Below, one piece after another: positions 18,406 to 27,422 of a DNA stretch of 64,000 nt. Made by a program: the position numbers and the translations under genes. Origin of the DNA: Patescibacteria group bacterium. GTDB taxonomy: Bacteria; Patescibacteriota; Patescibacteriia; PEXW01. The stretch lies in NCBI GenBank assembly GCA_041671325.1, contig JBAZBR010000005.1, positions 14,184 through 78,183 on the forward strand. The letters run 5' to 3'. The notes under the pieces were generated by a model, which worked only from the letters and a program-made list of their open reading frames with translations, was not told the DNA's origin and did not search any database. Positions within the stretch are counted from its first letter, which is position 1. Each line of letters starts with the position of its first letter.

Positions 18406-19029
18406 TTAAGAATTGGCTAATTTTTGAATCATCGCAACCGGATCAGGGCTTTTCCATATCGTCGTCCCCACAACCGCCCGGGAAATCCCCGAAACTTTAA
18501 GGTCGATAATATTTTTTTCGTTAATTCCCCCATCAACAGCTACTGGCATGCTCGGGAAGGCCTGATGAAAAGCTTTTACTTCTTCAATGACTTTTGGTAA
18601 AAATGGGTTGCCCTGCGCACCGGGCTGGACGCCTAAAAACATGACCTCATCAACTAAATCCAAGTATGGCACCACTTTTTCATAACTGGTGTCTGGATTC
18701 AAAGCAACGGCAATATCGCAATCCAATTCACGGCACTGGGCAATAAATCTTTCCAAATCACCTTCCGCCTCTACGTGAAAAATAATTTTTTTGGCTCCCA
18801 AGTGCGCCCAGTCGGCCACAAAACGGTCAGGTCTTTTTACCATCAAATGGACTTCAATGGCGGTTAAAGGGCGATATTCACCCAAAGCCCGGGGCAAGAC
18901 CGTGACGGCAGGAATAAACTGGCCATCGCCAACGTCAATCTGGATTAAATCAACGCTGTTTTCAACCACCCCGATTTTCTTTTTTAATTCTTCGGGAGTG
19001 GTTTCAAGCACGACTGGGGTTATTTGCAT
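18406..19029 (-). CDS. rpe: Ribulose-phosphate 3-epimerase
   Basis: IQIDVGDGQFIP, HLMV..P, HVEA, VALNP and VDGGIN align to the conserved RPE motifs. Confidence 0.75.
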   Translation of the reverse strand: MQITPVVLETTPEELKKKIGVVENSVDLIQIDVGDGQFIPAVTVLPRALGEYRPLTAIEVHLMVKRPDRFVADWAHLGAKKIIFHVEAEGDLERFIAQCRELDCDIAVALNPDTSYEKVVPYLDLVDEVMFLGVQPGAQGNPFLPKVIEEVKAFHQAFPSMPVAVDGGINEKNIIDLKVSGISRAVVGTTIWKSPDPVAMIQKLANS

Positions 19030-19035
19030 ATTTTT

Positions 19036-19482
19036 TCAATTAAAATGTTCTATTCTGGCAATCTGGCCTAAGCGCCGGCGATATCTGGGAATCCGGCGAA
19101 AGGGCGTGGAGAGCCAAATTTGAATTAATTTTTGAGCCAGAGTGGAATTCACGAATTTAGCCGGTAAAACTAAAATGTTGGAGTTGCCTTCCAAGCTTGC
19201 CATTTTGGCTGATTGTTCATTCCAAACCAAGGCCGCCCGGATGCCGGAAAATTTATTGGCGGCTATTGCCATACCATTCCCGCTCCGGCAAATTAAAATC
19301 CCACGGTCATCAGTTTGGCGACGAACGCGTTTGGAAACTGCCGCTGCAAAAATTGGATAATCATCTTCTCGGTCAAATTTGCTTGGACCTAAGTCCTCGA
19401 ATTTCAAACCCATTTTTGTTAGGCCACGGATTATTTGCTGTTTAAGGGCAAACCCGGCGTGGTCAGAAGCTACAACAAGCAT
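19036..19482 (-). CDS. rpiB: Ribose-5-phosphate isomerase B
   Basis: 148 aa. SDHAGFALK, ICRSGNGMAIAANK, the RpiB/LacAB family pattern. Confidence 0.8.
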   Translation of the reverse strand: MLVVASDHAGFALKQQIIRGLTKMGLKFEDLGPSKFDREDDYPIFAAAVSKRVRRQTDDRGILICRSGNGMAIAANKFSGIRAALVWNEQSAKMASLEGNSNILVLPAKFVNSTLAQKLIQIWLSTPFRRIPRYRRRLGQIARIEHFN

Positions 19483-19514
19483 GGGATTAGTATAGCATAA
19501 GCTATTTCTTGAAA

Positions 19515-20240
19515 TTATTTCAGAAATAAATCCAGGGCTTTTTCAAACGTTTCTTTAGGAATCAAGCCTTTGACTTTCTTGCCGTTAAAAAAGAAAGTCG
19601 GCGTACCGGTAACCCCATTAGCTACGCCATCAGCAAAATCTTCATTAATCTCCTGTTTGCGCTCGCCCTTAGAGATGCATTCTGAAAATTTTTTTTCATC
19701 CAAACCAATTTGGACAGCGTAGTTCTTGAGGTCCGCATCTGCCAGCTTATCTTGACTTTGGAATAATTTATCATGGTAAGCCCAAAACTTTTCATTGCCT
19801 TGGGCAAAAGCGCAACCCGCGGCTTCGGCGGCAGCCTGGGCGCGGTCATGAATCTGGCTTAATGGGAAATCCCGAAAAATAAATTTTACCCAGCTTTGGT
19901 ATTTGGCTGCAACTTCCCGCACGGTTTGGTATTCGCTCTGGCAATAAGGGCACTGAAAATCCCCGAATTCAACCACGATAATATTCGCATCCTTGGGCCC
20001 AAGATAAGGGTCATCGCTGGTTTCCAATTGCGGTATTGCTGACCGGGCCGCTTGGTTGATGTTTTCCGAACTTGATTGCGTGTCAGAACCTTCAGTCAAT
20101 TCGGCTAAAGGATCCACCTGCTTCTTTGAATTATGGTAATCAATAATTATTATCGTGCCTAAAAAAACTAAAATAAAAAGCGCCAAAAACCACATTAAAG
20201 GCTTAAACCAATGCTTCTGTTGTGCGGGAACTTGTTCCAT
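19515..20240 (-). CDS. DsbA-family thiol:disulfide oxidoreductase (paralog 3)
   Basis: TM anchor plus CPYC (EFGDFQCPYCQSE). Confidence 0.75.
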   Translation of the reverse strand: MEQVPAQQKHWFKPLMWFLALFILVFLGTIIIIDYHNSKKQVDPLAELTEGSDTQSSSENINQAARSAIPQLETSDDPYLGPKDANIIVVEFGDFQCPYCQSEYQTVREVAAKYQSWVKFIFRDFPLSQIHDRAQAAAEAAGCAFAQGNEKFWAYHDKLFQSQDKLADADLKNYAVQIGLDEKKFSECISKGERKQEINEDFADGVANGVTGTPTFFFNGKKVKGLIPKETFEKALDLFLK

Positions 20241-20310
20241 GCTATCTAAAGTTTAGCATAAAAAACAACCCTCGAAATGAGGGTTGCTTCTTTTTTGATT
20301 GCGTCAATAA

Positions 20311-20631
20311 TTACCAGCGATTTCCACCACTGCGGCGATTGTCAAATCCTCCGCCATTACCGCCCGTTCTTGGGGCGCGTGGCTTCATTTCGCGGGCTTC
20401 ATTCACGGTTAAGGTTCGACCTTCGAACTCTTTGCCGTTCCAAGCCTCAATGGCTTTCTGAGCATCTTCGTCCGTAGCCATTTCCACAAAGGCAAAGCCT
20501 CTTGAGCGGCCGGACATGCGATCCATGATGATGGTCGCTGATTCAACGTTGCCTGCTTGGGCAAATGCCTGTTGTAAGCCTTCTTGGGTAGTTGAATAAG
20601 GTAAACCACCAACGTATAATTTCTTTCCCAT
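20311..20631 (-). CDS. RRM-type RNA-binding protein with Gly/Arg-rich tail
   Basis: RNP-2 (LYVGGL) and RNP-1 (RGFAFVEM) motifs, with an RGG/GGN-rich C-terminus. Confidence 0.8.
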   Translation of the reverse strand: MGKKLYVGGLPYSTTQEGLQQAFAQAGNVESATIIMDRMSGRSRGFAFVEMATDEDAQKAIEAWNGKEFEGRTLTVNEAREMKPRAPRTGGNGGGFDNRRSGGNRW

Positions 20632-20787
20632 ATTGAACTTATAAATTTAAATATTTGAGAAGATGTAAGTCGACCCTTCTCACTCGCTTTTTACTTAAGC
20701 CCTTATTATTGGCCCAAGATCCCGTTTTGCGGGCAAACTAACTAAGAAAGCTTACACTGGCTCTTAGTATATAGATTTTCTACGTTT

Positions 20788-20903
20788 TGTCAACCCCGCA
20801 CCGCTTTCTAAACAAATATCAAATCAGGTATTCAATATATTATTTTTGACAAACATTTTACGATTTAAGAAGGGGTTGTTTATAGAAAGTGGTGCGGGGT
20901 CAA
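20788..20903. repeat. ~116-bp element with ~23-bp terminal inverted repeats (copy 1)
   Basis: Left arm TGTCAACCCCGCACCGCTTTCTA (20788-20810) is the near reverse complement of right arm TATAGAAAGTGGTGCGGGGTCAA (20881-20903). A second copy lies at 36527-36639. Confidence 0.6.
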
Positions 20904-20919
20904 TGGCTTAGCGCAAAGA

Positions 20920-20946
20920 TTGACAATAAGTCATTTCTGATATAAT
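20920..20946 (+). promoter_or_regulatory. Promoter with extended -10 (TGaTATAAT) for the 20988 gene
   Basis: TTGACA at 20920-20925, 15-nt spacer, TGATATAAT at 20938-20946. GGAGG RBS before the ATG. Confidence 0.5.
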
Positions 20947-20987
20947 CTCTTGGGAACAACAAAAAAACCAAAACCGGAGGTTAACAA

Positions 20988-21593
20988 ATGCCTTTAAAGA
21001 TTGATTATCCTCACCCAATAACTCTTGATTATCGGATCGGCGAGGAAATATTCAATGGACTGCCTGACAGCCTGGTTGTCGAAACCAAGTACCTTATGCT
21101 CCAAGTCATGCCGGAAGAATCTGCTAATGGCCAAACTGAAACTTGGACAAAGATTATTACCCGGCCGGCCTTTGAGATCGCTTTTTTGATAATGCTCAAT
21201 GGGGAACTTCACCTCATGCTCATGCAAAAGCGAAGAAAAGCCAATGACTCGCTGTTGACCAAACTGCCGGGCGGCTATTTCTCTGATGATTTGAATTACG
21301 ATAGGCTCATGGAGGAAAAAGTTCTCCATGACACTGGCATCCGCTTTTCTTCAACTGATTTAGTTCAATTGAACTCGGTTATCGGCCATTCGGAAATTCA
21401 TACTCCAATTTCGCTTTTTTACACAACTGCTTGGGAAGTAACCGGTGCCCCCAAGGATGGCATAACCATTGAGGCTGTTCCGTTTCGGCATGCTGTTGCT
21501 CTGGCCATAAATGGCGGCATTGAAAATGACAGTAGTTTTTCAGCTATCATGCAACTATTTGTACTCCAACAATGGAAACGCTTGAAAATCTAA
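20988..21593 (+). CDS. Hypothetical protein (201 aa)
   Basis: Promoter and terminator are defined. PGGYFSDD...EEKVLHDTGI resembles a Nudix box loosely but does not fit the GX5EX7REUXEEXGU spacing. Confidence 0.35.
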   Translation: MPLKIDYPHPITLDYRIGEEIFNGLPDSLVVETKYLMLQVMPEESANGQTETWTKIITRPAFEIAFLIMLNGELHLMLMQKRRKANDSLLTKLPGGYFSDDLNYDRLMEEKVLHDTGIRFSSTDLVQLNSVIGHSEIHTPISLFYTTAWEVTGAPKDGITIEAVPFRHAVALAINGGIENDSSFSAIMQLFVLQQWKRLKI

Positions 21594-21864
21594 CGCTCTT
21601 AAGGCGGTGCAATCAGCATCGCCTTTTCTTTTTTATGGAATTTGACAGGATTTTTCCAATGCTTTATCTTTAACCGCAGAACATGAAAGACTGCAAAATC
21701 CACTTTAAAGACACTTATTACCTGAAGTGTCTATTTTTTTGGGAATTTCTCCAAAGAAGTCTAGCCATCGGCCCCGTCCACCAGACGGGGTGTTTTTTTA
21801 TACCCTCAAAAATCGGCCTTTGAAAATTAAATAACCCAAAAACCCTTTATCTTTCAGGAGGTAA

Positions 21865-22911
21865 TTGAAGATGAGTTACTATGACCCGAACTTTAACATG
21901 ATCCAATTTGGCGATTTAATGATGCAAATTGGCGAAGCGCATTTGCGCAACCGTGGCTTTTTGCGCGTGCCCACGCCGCGTATCGTGCCTGCCAGTGGTG
22001 CCTGTGAAAACGTGGACACTTTGTTCGAAGTCACGGTCAATGGCGACCCGCGTTGGTTCCATGGCGGCCAAAAACGCGCTTACATTGCCCAGACTTGCCA
22101 GCTCTACCTGGAATCCATGCTAGGGCAGGGCGGCAAGCCAAAGTTGTACTGTGTTGGACCTTCAGCCCGCGCTGAAGCCACCATAGACAATCGGCACCTG
22201 ACCGAATTCGAAATGGTGGAGATTGAATTTCGCGGCAGTTTTTCCGAACTGCTTTTGGAAATCAATTTATTCATCAATGCCTTGGTGGATGCAACCAAAA
22301 AAATTCCTGAGGCTGACCGCGCGGATTATGGGTTGCCAACTGACCTTAAGCATTTGGAAAATCACCCTCTGGAATTTCCCCGAATTCGATATGCTGATGC
22401 CATTGCCGAATTGGGATTGCCTTGGGGCGCAGACATTTCCTCGGATTTGGAAAAAGCCCTTATCGCCAATCATGGCCAGGGCCCAATTCTCATCACCCAC
22501 TATCCAAACCCCGCGAGTGAAAGGATGAAATTGCTTTTTGACCACAAGGTAGACAAACTGGCCATCAAGTTCTTCAACATGCTGCCTGATCCGGAAAACC
22601 CGGAATATGTCTTAAGCTGCGATTGCATCGTGCCCGCTGGCGGTGAGTGCGTGGGTTCGGCCGCACGGGTACACGAGCTGGCAGAATTTCAAACCCGACT
22701 TTTATCTTCGCCAATGTTTAAAAGGCTGGAAACAAAAGACGCCTACGCTAAAGAAGGCTTTGCCTGGTACTTGCATATGCTGGAAAAGTTCCCGGCCATG
22801 CCCCATGCCGGTTGCGGTTTTGGCATGTCCAGGATCTATCAGTATTTGCTAAATGAAACCGATATTACCAAAGTCGTGGTCTTGCCTTCCAACCGTGCCA
22901 GGCTTTACTAG
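21865..22911 (+). CDS. Class IIb aminoacyl-tRNA-synthetase catalytic-core paralog lacking an anticodon-binding domain (AsnA/AsnRS-like)
   Basis: 348 aa. Motif-1-like GFLRVPTPRIV. The motif 2 region YCVGPSARAEATIDNRHLTEFEMVEIEF parallels the FRAE...RHLxEFTMLE segment of AspRS/AsnRS. Motif 3 GCGFGMSRIYQYLL follows the GLGIDRL pattern. No N-terminal OB fold. Local GC looks higher than the flanks. Confidence 0.65.
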   Translation: MKMSYYDPNFNMIQFGDLMMQIGEAHLRNRGFLRVPTPRIVPASGACENVDTLFEVTVNGDPRWFHGGQKRAYIAQTCQLYLESMLGQGGKPKLYCVGPSARAEATIDNRHLTEFEMVEIEFRGSFSELLLEINLFINALVDATKKIPEADRADYGLPTDLKHLENHPLEFPRIRYADAIAELGLPWGADISSDLEKALIANHGQGPILITHYPNPASERMKLLFDHKVDKLAIKFFNMLPDPENPEYVLSCDCIVPAGGECVGSAARVHELAEFQTRLLSSPMFKRLETKDAYAKEGFAWYLHMLEKFPAMPHAGCGFGMSRIYQYLLNETDITKVVVLPSNRARLY

Positions 22912-22916
22912 ATCTT

Positions 22917-22946
22917 TTTACCAAGAAAGGGAGAATGAAATATTTC
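22917..22946. terminator. Bidirectional intrinsic terminator between convergent genes
   Basis: AAGGGAGAA..TTCTCCCTT hairpin flanked by T/A runs on both sides. Confidence 0.6.
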
Positions 22947-22953
22947 TCCCTTT

Positions 22954-25167
22954 TTAATTTGCTTTGAATCTTTTTAAAAGCAAAGAATTGCCAACCACGG
23001 AAACGCTGGATAAAGCCATGGCTAAACCCGCAAATTCCGGCCGTAAAGTCAGGCCAGCAAAAGCGAAAACTCCGGCCGCGATTGGAATGCCGATAATGTT
23101 GTAAAATAATGCCCAAAATAAATTTTGGATAATTTTCCTGAATGTTGCTTGTGAAAGTTGTAATGCTTTAATGACATCCCTTAAATCTCCTCTAACTAAG
23201 ACAATCTGACCAGCTTCCAAAGCCACATCCGTACCTGCGCTCATGGCAATACCTAGATCTGCTTGGGCCAAAGCAGGAGCATCATTAATACCATCGCCCA
23301 CAAAGGAAACTTTCATATTTTTAGCTTGGAGCTTTTTCACTTCATCAGCTTTATTTTGCGGTAAAATTTCCGCCCGAAAATCCTCAATGCCCACTTGCTT
23401 GGCAATTGCCTGGGCGGTTTTTTGATTGTCACCCGTAATCATCATGGTTTGGATATTAATTTTTTTTAAGGCGCTAATAGCGGCTTGGGTTGAAGGTTTG
23501 ACCGTGTCAGCCACACCCACAGCACCGACTAACTTATTGCCAATACCCAAAAACATAACGGTCTTGCCTTGATTTTCAATAGCGGAAATTTCGATTTCAA
23601 AATTTTCCGTTGCCAGGTTCTCTTGAACCATTAAGGCGCGATTACCAAAAACAATTTTTTCATTATTAATTTTGGCTTCAACACCTTTGCCGGTCAGGCT
23701 TTTGAAATCAGCAACCTCTGGCGGATCAAGTTTTAAATTTTTTGCCGCGGTGACGATTGCTTCAGCCAAGGGATGTTCGGAGTGTTTTTCAATTGCCGCG
23801 GCAATGCCTAGGATTTGATTTTTATCATAATCAGGACTGATGCTCAAAATGTCCGTAACGCTGGGTTTGCCCACGGTCAAAGTCCCAGTCTTATCAAAGA
23901 CCACGATGTCAATCTTCCTGGCCGCTTCCAAGGCTTCACCGCCTTTAATTAATATGCCCTGACTGGCGCCCAAGCCAGTGCCAGTGATAATGGCGGTTGG
24001 CGTCGCCAACCCCAAAGCGCACGGGCAAGCAATAACCAGGACCGCGATAAAAGCCAGCAAGCTTGGCACAAAAGACTGACCTATCAGGAAATACCAGCTG
24101 ATAAAAGTTATCAAAGCCAAGGCAATAACCGAGGGCACAAAATAAGCTGAAACTTTATCCGCAAACCTCTGGATGGGCGCTTTGCTGGCTTGGGCTTGCT
24201 CTACTAATTTTATAATTCCGGCCAATAAGGTTTCTGAACCGACTTTAGTGGCTCTGAAAATAAAACTGCCAGTAGCGTTAATGGTCGAGCCAATGACCGC
24301 ATCCCCTGCTTGCTTTTCCACAGGCAAACTTTCACCAGTGACCATGGATTCGTCAACGCTGGAATGGCCATCAGTAATAACGCCGTCCACTGGAATTTTT
24401 TGACCGGGCTTGACCCTAAGCAAATCTCCAACTTGGACTGATTCAATAGGCACTTCAATTTCCTCTCCATCCTTAATCACAATCGCGCTTTTGGCTTGGA
24501 GTTTGGCTAAGGCACGGATGGCTTCACTAGCCTTGCCTTTGGCTTTAGCTTCCAGCCATTTGCCCAAAAGTACGAAGGTTATAAGGATTGCCGCGATTTC
24601 ATAATAAAGCTCGCCTTCTACCAAACCGAGCGTAACCAATAAGGAATAAACAAATGCAGCCGAAGTGCCAATAGCGATTAAGGAATCCATGTTAGCGGTC
24701 CGGGCCCTTAATGCGCCCCAAAAACCTTTGAAGAACTGCCAGCCAGCATAAAATTCTACTGGCCCGGCCAAGAGCAATTGCCACCAAGCTCGGCCCGGCA
24801 GGTTTTCAATAGCAGGTATTACTAACATGCCCATGCTAATGACCAGCAAAGGGATTGATAAGACTAAAGAAAAAATAAACTTTTTTTTGACCTTTTGGAT
24901 TTCCTGGTTTCGCTGTTGGCTTTCTCGATCCCGAGAATCAGAGTCGCCTGGTTCAAATTTTTCCGCACCATAGCCAATTCTCCTGACTTCTTCGGCAAGC
25001 GTCGTTTCATTCACAACCTCCGGATCATATTCCACCTGGGCTCGTTCAGTGCTGACATTTACGCTGGCAATTCTTACGCCTGGAGTTTTCTTCAGAGTCA
25101 TTTCAATTAATTGGCTGCAACTGGCGCAATGCATGCCCGAGAGTGACAAGGATACTTTTTTATTCAT
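22954..25167 (-). CDS. copA: Copper-translocating P1B-type ATPase
   Basis: N-terminal HMA domain (GMHCASC), CPC transmembrane metal site, DKTGTLT phosphorylation motif, [10 protein letters not shown]. Confidence 0.9.
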   Translation of the reverse strand: MNKKVSLSLSGMHCASCSQLIEMTLKKTPGVRIASVNVSTERAQVEYDPEVVNETTLAEEVRRIGYGAEKFEPGDSDSRDRESQQRNQEIQKVKKKFIFSLVLSIPLLVISMGMLVIPAIENLPGRAWWQLLLAGPVEFYAGWQFFKGFWGALRARTANMDSLIAIGTSAAFVYSLLVTLGLVEGELYYEIAAILITFVLLGKWLEAKAKGKASEAIRALAKLQAKSAIVIKDGEEIEVPIESVQVGDLLRVKPGQKIPVDGVITDGHSSVDESMVTGESLPVEKQAGDAVIGSTINATGSFIFRATKVGSETLLAGIIKLVEQAQASKAPIQRFADKVSAYFVPSVIALALITFISWYFLIGQSFVPSLLAFIAVLVIACPCALGLATPTAIITGTGLGASQGILIKGGEALEAARKIDIVVFDKTGTLTVGKPSVTDILSISPDYDKNQILGIAAAIEKHSEHPLAEAIVTAAKNLKLDPPEVADFKSLTGKGVEAKINNEKIVFGNRALMVQENLATENFEIEISAIENQGKTVMFLGIGNKLVGAVGVADTVKPSTQAAISALKKINIQTMMITGDNQKTAQAIAKQVGIEDFRAEILPQNKADEVKKLQAKNMKVSFVGDGINDAPALAQADLGIAMSAGTDVALEAGQIVLVRGDLRDVIKALQLSQATFRKIIQNLFWALFYNIIGIPIAAGVFAFAGLTLRPEFAGLAMALSSVSVVGNSLLLKRFKAN

Positions 25168-25183
25168 GCTTTTAATTGCTCAA

Positions 25184-25549
25184 TTAATTAACGATAATTT
25201 TGCCTTGGTACATGCCCATATCGCAGGTAAAATTCAATTCCTCTTTGGTTTTGGGGGTAAAAATTATTTCAGTCTTTTTAAAAGCCGGCAAATCTTTACG
25301 GATTTTAAGTTTTTCAATGCTGACAAACCTGGAACACTCCTCGGATTCTTGGCGGTTAAATATCAATTTAACTGGCTTGTTTACTTGGACTTGAATAGTG
25401 TTTGGGTTATAAGCGCCGCGGATTAAAATCTCAATTTCTTGAAGACCTGAACTAGATAAGATTGCGGTTTCTTGCTTACGCTGAAACTTCAACCATAAAA
25501 CATATAGCCCAATTATAATAACGATTAAAATAATACCAATAATTTGCAT
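25184..25549 (-). CDS. Small membrane-anchored cupredoxin-like (cupredoxin_1-type) protein
   Basis: N-terminal TM helix. The C-terminal FTCDMGMYQGKIIVN parallels the C-terminal domain of the upstream fusion protein (FSCGMGMYRGEFTVVN). Confidence 0.5.
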   Translation of the reverse strand: MQIIGIILIVIIIGLYVLWLKFQRKQETAILSSSGLQEIEILIRGAYNPNTIQVQVNKPVKLIFNRQESEECSRFVSIEKLKIRKDLPAFKKTEIIFTPKTKEELNFTCDMGMYQGKIIVN

Positions 25550-25560
25550 AAATTATTCTT

Positions 25561-27000
25561 TTAATTTACGACTGTGAATTCACCCCGATACATGCCCATG
25601 CCACAACTAAAATTATAGGTCCCTGGATCGGTTGGGGTAAATTCGATGACGTTGACCCCGCCTTGCATGGCTTTACCAACATTAAGTTTTGGAATCTGCA
25701 AAAATGACCGACAGCCGCCAGCATAGCCGGCGCCATCGACTTCCCAACGCACTCGTTTGCCAGCTTTGACAGTAAAAGTAGTAGGCGAATAACCCGAAGA
25801 AGTAAAACTGGTTTTTACCACTTGGACATCCCCGTCCGCAACTACGTTTGGGTCATCAGTCTGGGAAACATTTTGGGCGACTGAAGACTTTGGAAAACTT
25901 GGCCAAGAAATTGGATGGCCTGTTATGGCCAGACCATTGCTGAAATTATAAAGGCCCAAAACTATCACTGCTGCCCCGGCAAAACGGAAAAATATTTGCC
26001 CAGCTTTGCCTTTTAAGGCATTGGAAGCCCAGCCTAAAGCTAATAAGGCTGGTGCCGTGCCCAGGGCGAAAGCAAACATAGTCATGGCGCCTGTTAGGAT
26101 GTTGCCCGTGCTCAGCACGTAGATTTGCAAAGCCTGAGTAAAACCGCAAGGCAAAAAGAAAGTCAATGCGCCAAAAATAAATGGTGAAAAATAATGATTA
26201 TGCTTTTGGTCATCCAGGACTTTCCGACCGATAAATTTTGGGGTTCTGGGCATCATGGCTTTCAACCATCGTGGGGCAATATGCAGCATATCCAAGCCCA
26301 TTACAAACATAAAGATTGCCGCCGCAATGGCAATCAAGCCAGTCACTAAGGGTGATGGCGATAAAGCCTTACCAATACCGGCCACCAAACCGCCAAGCAC
26401 GGTATAGCCGACTATGCGACCAGCCACAAAAATGCTAACTGGCAACATCCGGGCTTTGCCTGGCATAAGTTCGTAACGATCGCTAACCCTTTCGACCACG
26501 GAAAGCAACAATCCGCCCGAGACTGCAATACAGGAACTACTTGCGGCAATTAGGCCAAGAATTAAAATAGCAAAAAATCCAGTAGCCCCATTAATCTCCG
26601 TGTTAATTTTTAATAGCCCAAGCTTAGAAAGCAGAAAGCCCACTGCTAAAACTACAGCAAACGCTCCCAAAATTTGCAAAAATCTTGGTTTTTTGGCATG
26701 CGTATCTTGGCTTGGGGATTTGGCCTGTTTCCCAGCGCCAATACGGTAACCATGTTTTTTAAGTTTTTCATCGATAATTTCTCGGCTAGGCAATTGGTTG
26801 GCGCTACACAACATTTTAACCTGGCCTCGATCGGCATTGGCACTGACTTTTTGGACTCCGGGGAAATCCTTAAATTCATTTTCAATCAACAATTCACAGC
26901 TTCGGCAGTGCATGCCAGCCACATCAACAGTCAATTTAATCTGTTTTGGGTTATTAGTTTTCTGCTTTTCTGATTCAGGCATGTTTAATTCTTGAACCAT
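25561..27000 (-). CDS. HMA-domain / CcdA-DsbD-like transmembrane / cupredoxin-like fusion protein
   Basis: N-terminal GMHCRSCE metal-binding domain, a polytopic membrane core, and a C-terminal cupredoxin_1-like domain. Embedded in the csoR-copA operon. Confidence 0.55.
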   Translation of the reverse strand: MVQELNMPESEKQKTNNPKQIKLTVDVAGMHCRSCELLIENEFKDFPGVQKVSANADRGQVKMLCSANQLPSREIIDEKLKKHGYRIGAGKQAKSPSQDTHAKKPRFLQILGAFAVVLAVGFLLSKLGLLKINTEINGATGFFAILILGLIAASSSCIAVSGGLLLSVVERVSDRYELMPGKARMLPVSIFVAGRIVGYTVLGGLVAGIGKALSPSPLVTGLIAIAAAIFMFVMGLDMLHIAPRWLKAMMPRTPKFIGRKVLDDQKHNHYFSPFIFGALTFFLPCGFTQALQIYVLSTGNILTGAMTMFAFALGTAPALLALGWASNALKGKAGQIFFRFAGAAVIVLGLYNFSNGLAITGHPISWPSFPKSSVAQNVSQTDDPNVVADGDVQVVKTSFTSSGYSPTTFTVKAGKRVRWEVDGAGYAGGCRSFLQIPKLNVGKAMQGGVNVIEFTPTDPGTYNFSCGMGMYRGEFTVVN

Positions 27001-27001
27001 A

Positions 27002-27277
27002 TTATTTGTTATACAGCTTAGTTACGGTTAAAATTTCTTGGGCCATAGCCTGTTTGAGTTTTTCATTTTTTGAGGCCATGGCATTTTTAAAACAGGAATT
27101 CAAATGGCTTTCCATAAGCATTTGGTGGGCGGATTTAAGCAAGCCAATAACCGCCAAATTCTGCTGCATGATGTCAATGCAATAAGCATTTTCTTCCGCC
27201 ATTTTATTTATTTTGGCCAAATGGCTTTGGGCTTTGCGGAAATTTATCAGGATTTTATCATGATTGTGTTTTTCCAT
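27002..27277 (-). CDS. csoR: CsoR/RcnR-family metal-sensing transcriptional repressor
   Basis: 91-aa helical protein with the C-H-C ligand pattern (AYCID...ESHLNSC) of copper-sensing CsoR. Confidence 0.75.
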   Translation of the reverse strand: MEKHNHDKILINFRKAQSHLAKINKMAEENAYCIDIMQQNLAVIGLLKSAHQMLMESHLNSCFKNAMASKNEKLKQAMAQEILTVTKLYNK

Positions 27278-27306
27278 AGTCTAGATTGATTAAGTAAATG
27301 TGATGT

Positions 27307-27324
27307 ACCTACCCCCCAGGTATA
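27307..27324. promoter_or_regulatory. Candidate CsoR operator (AT arms around a C6 core)
   Basis: TACCTACCCCCCAGGTATA, 30-47 nt upstream of the csoR start. It resembles known CsoR operators (ATACC-C/G run-GGTAT) as recalled. Confidence 0.4.
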
Positions 27325-27422
27325 GGCATTTTTAAATTTATCACATATAAAAAAAGTGTCAAATATGACAAAAAACTCCGTTTCCCTAAGTGAGCCTGGC
27401 GTAAACGAAAGCTAAGAATTAA

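Noticed and set aside
20988-21593. Nudix hydrolase assignment.
   Set aside because: PGGYFSDD...EEKVLHDTGI does not fit the GX5EX7REUXEEXGU spacing. Left as hypothetical.
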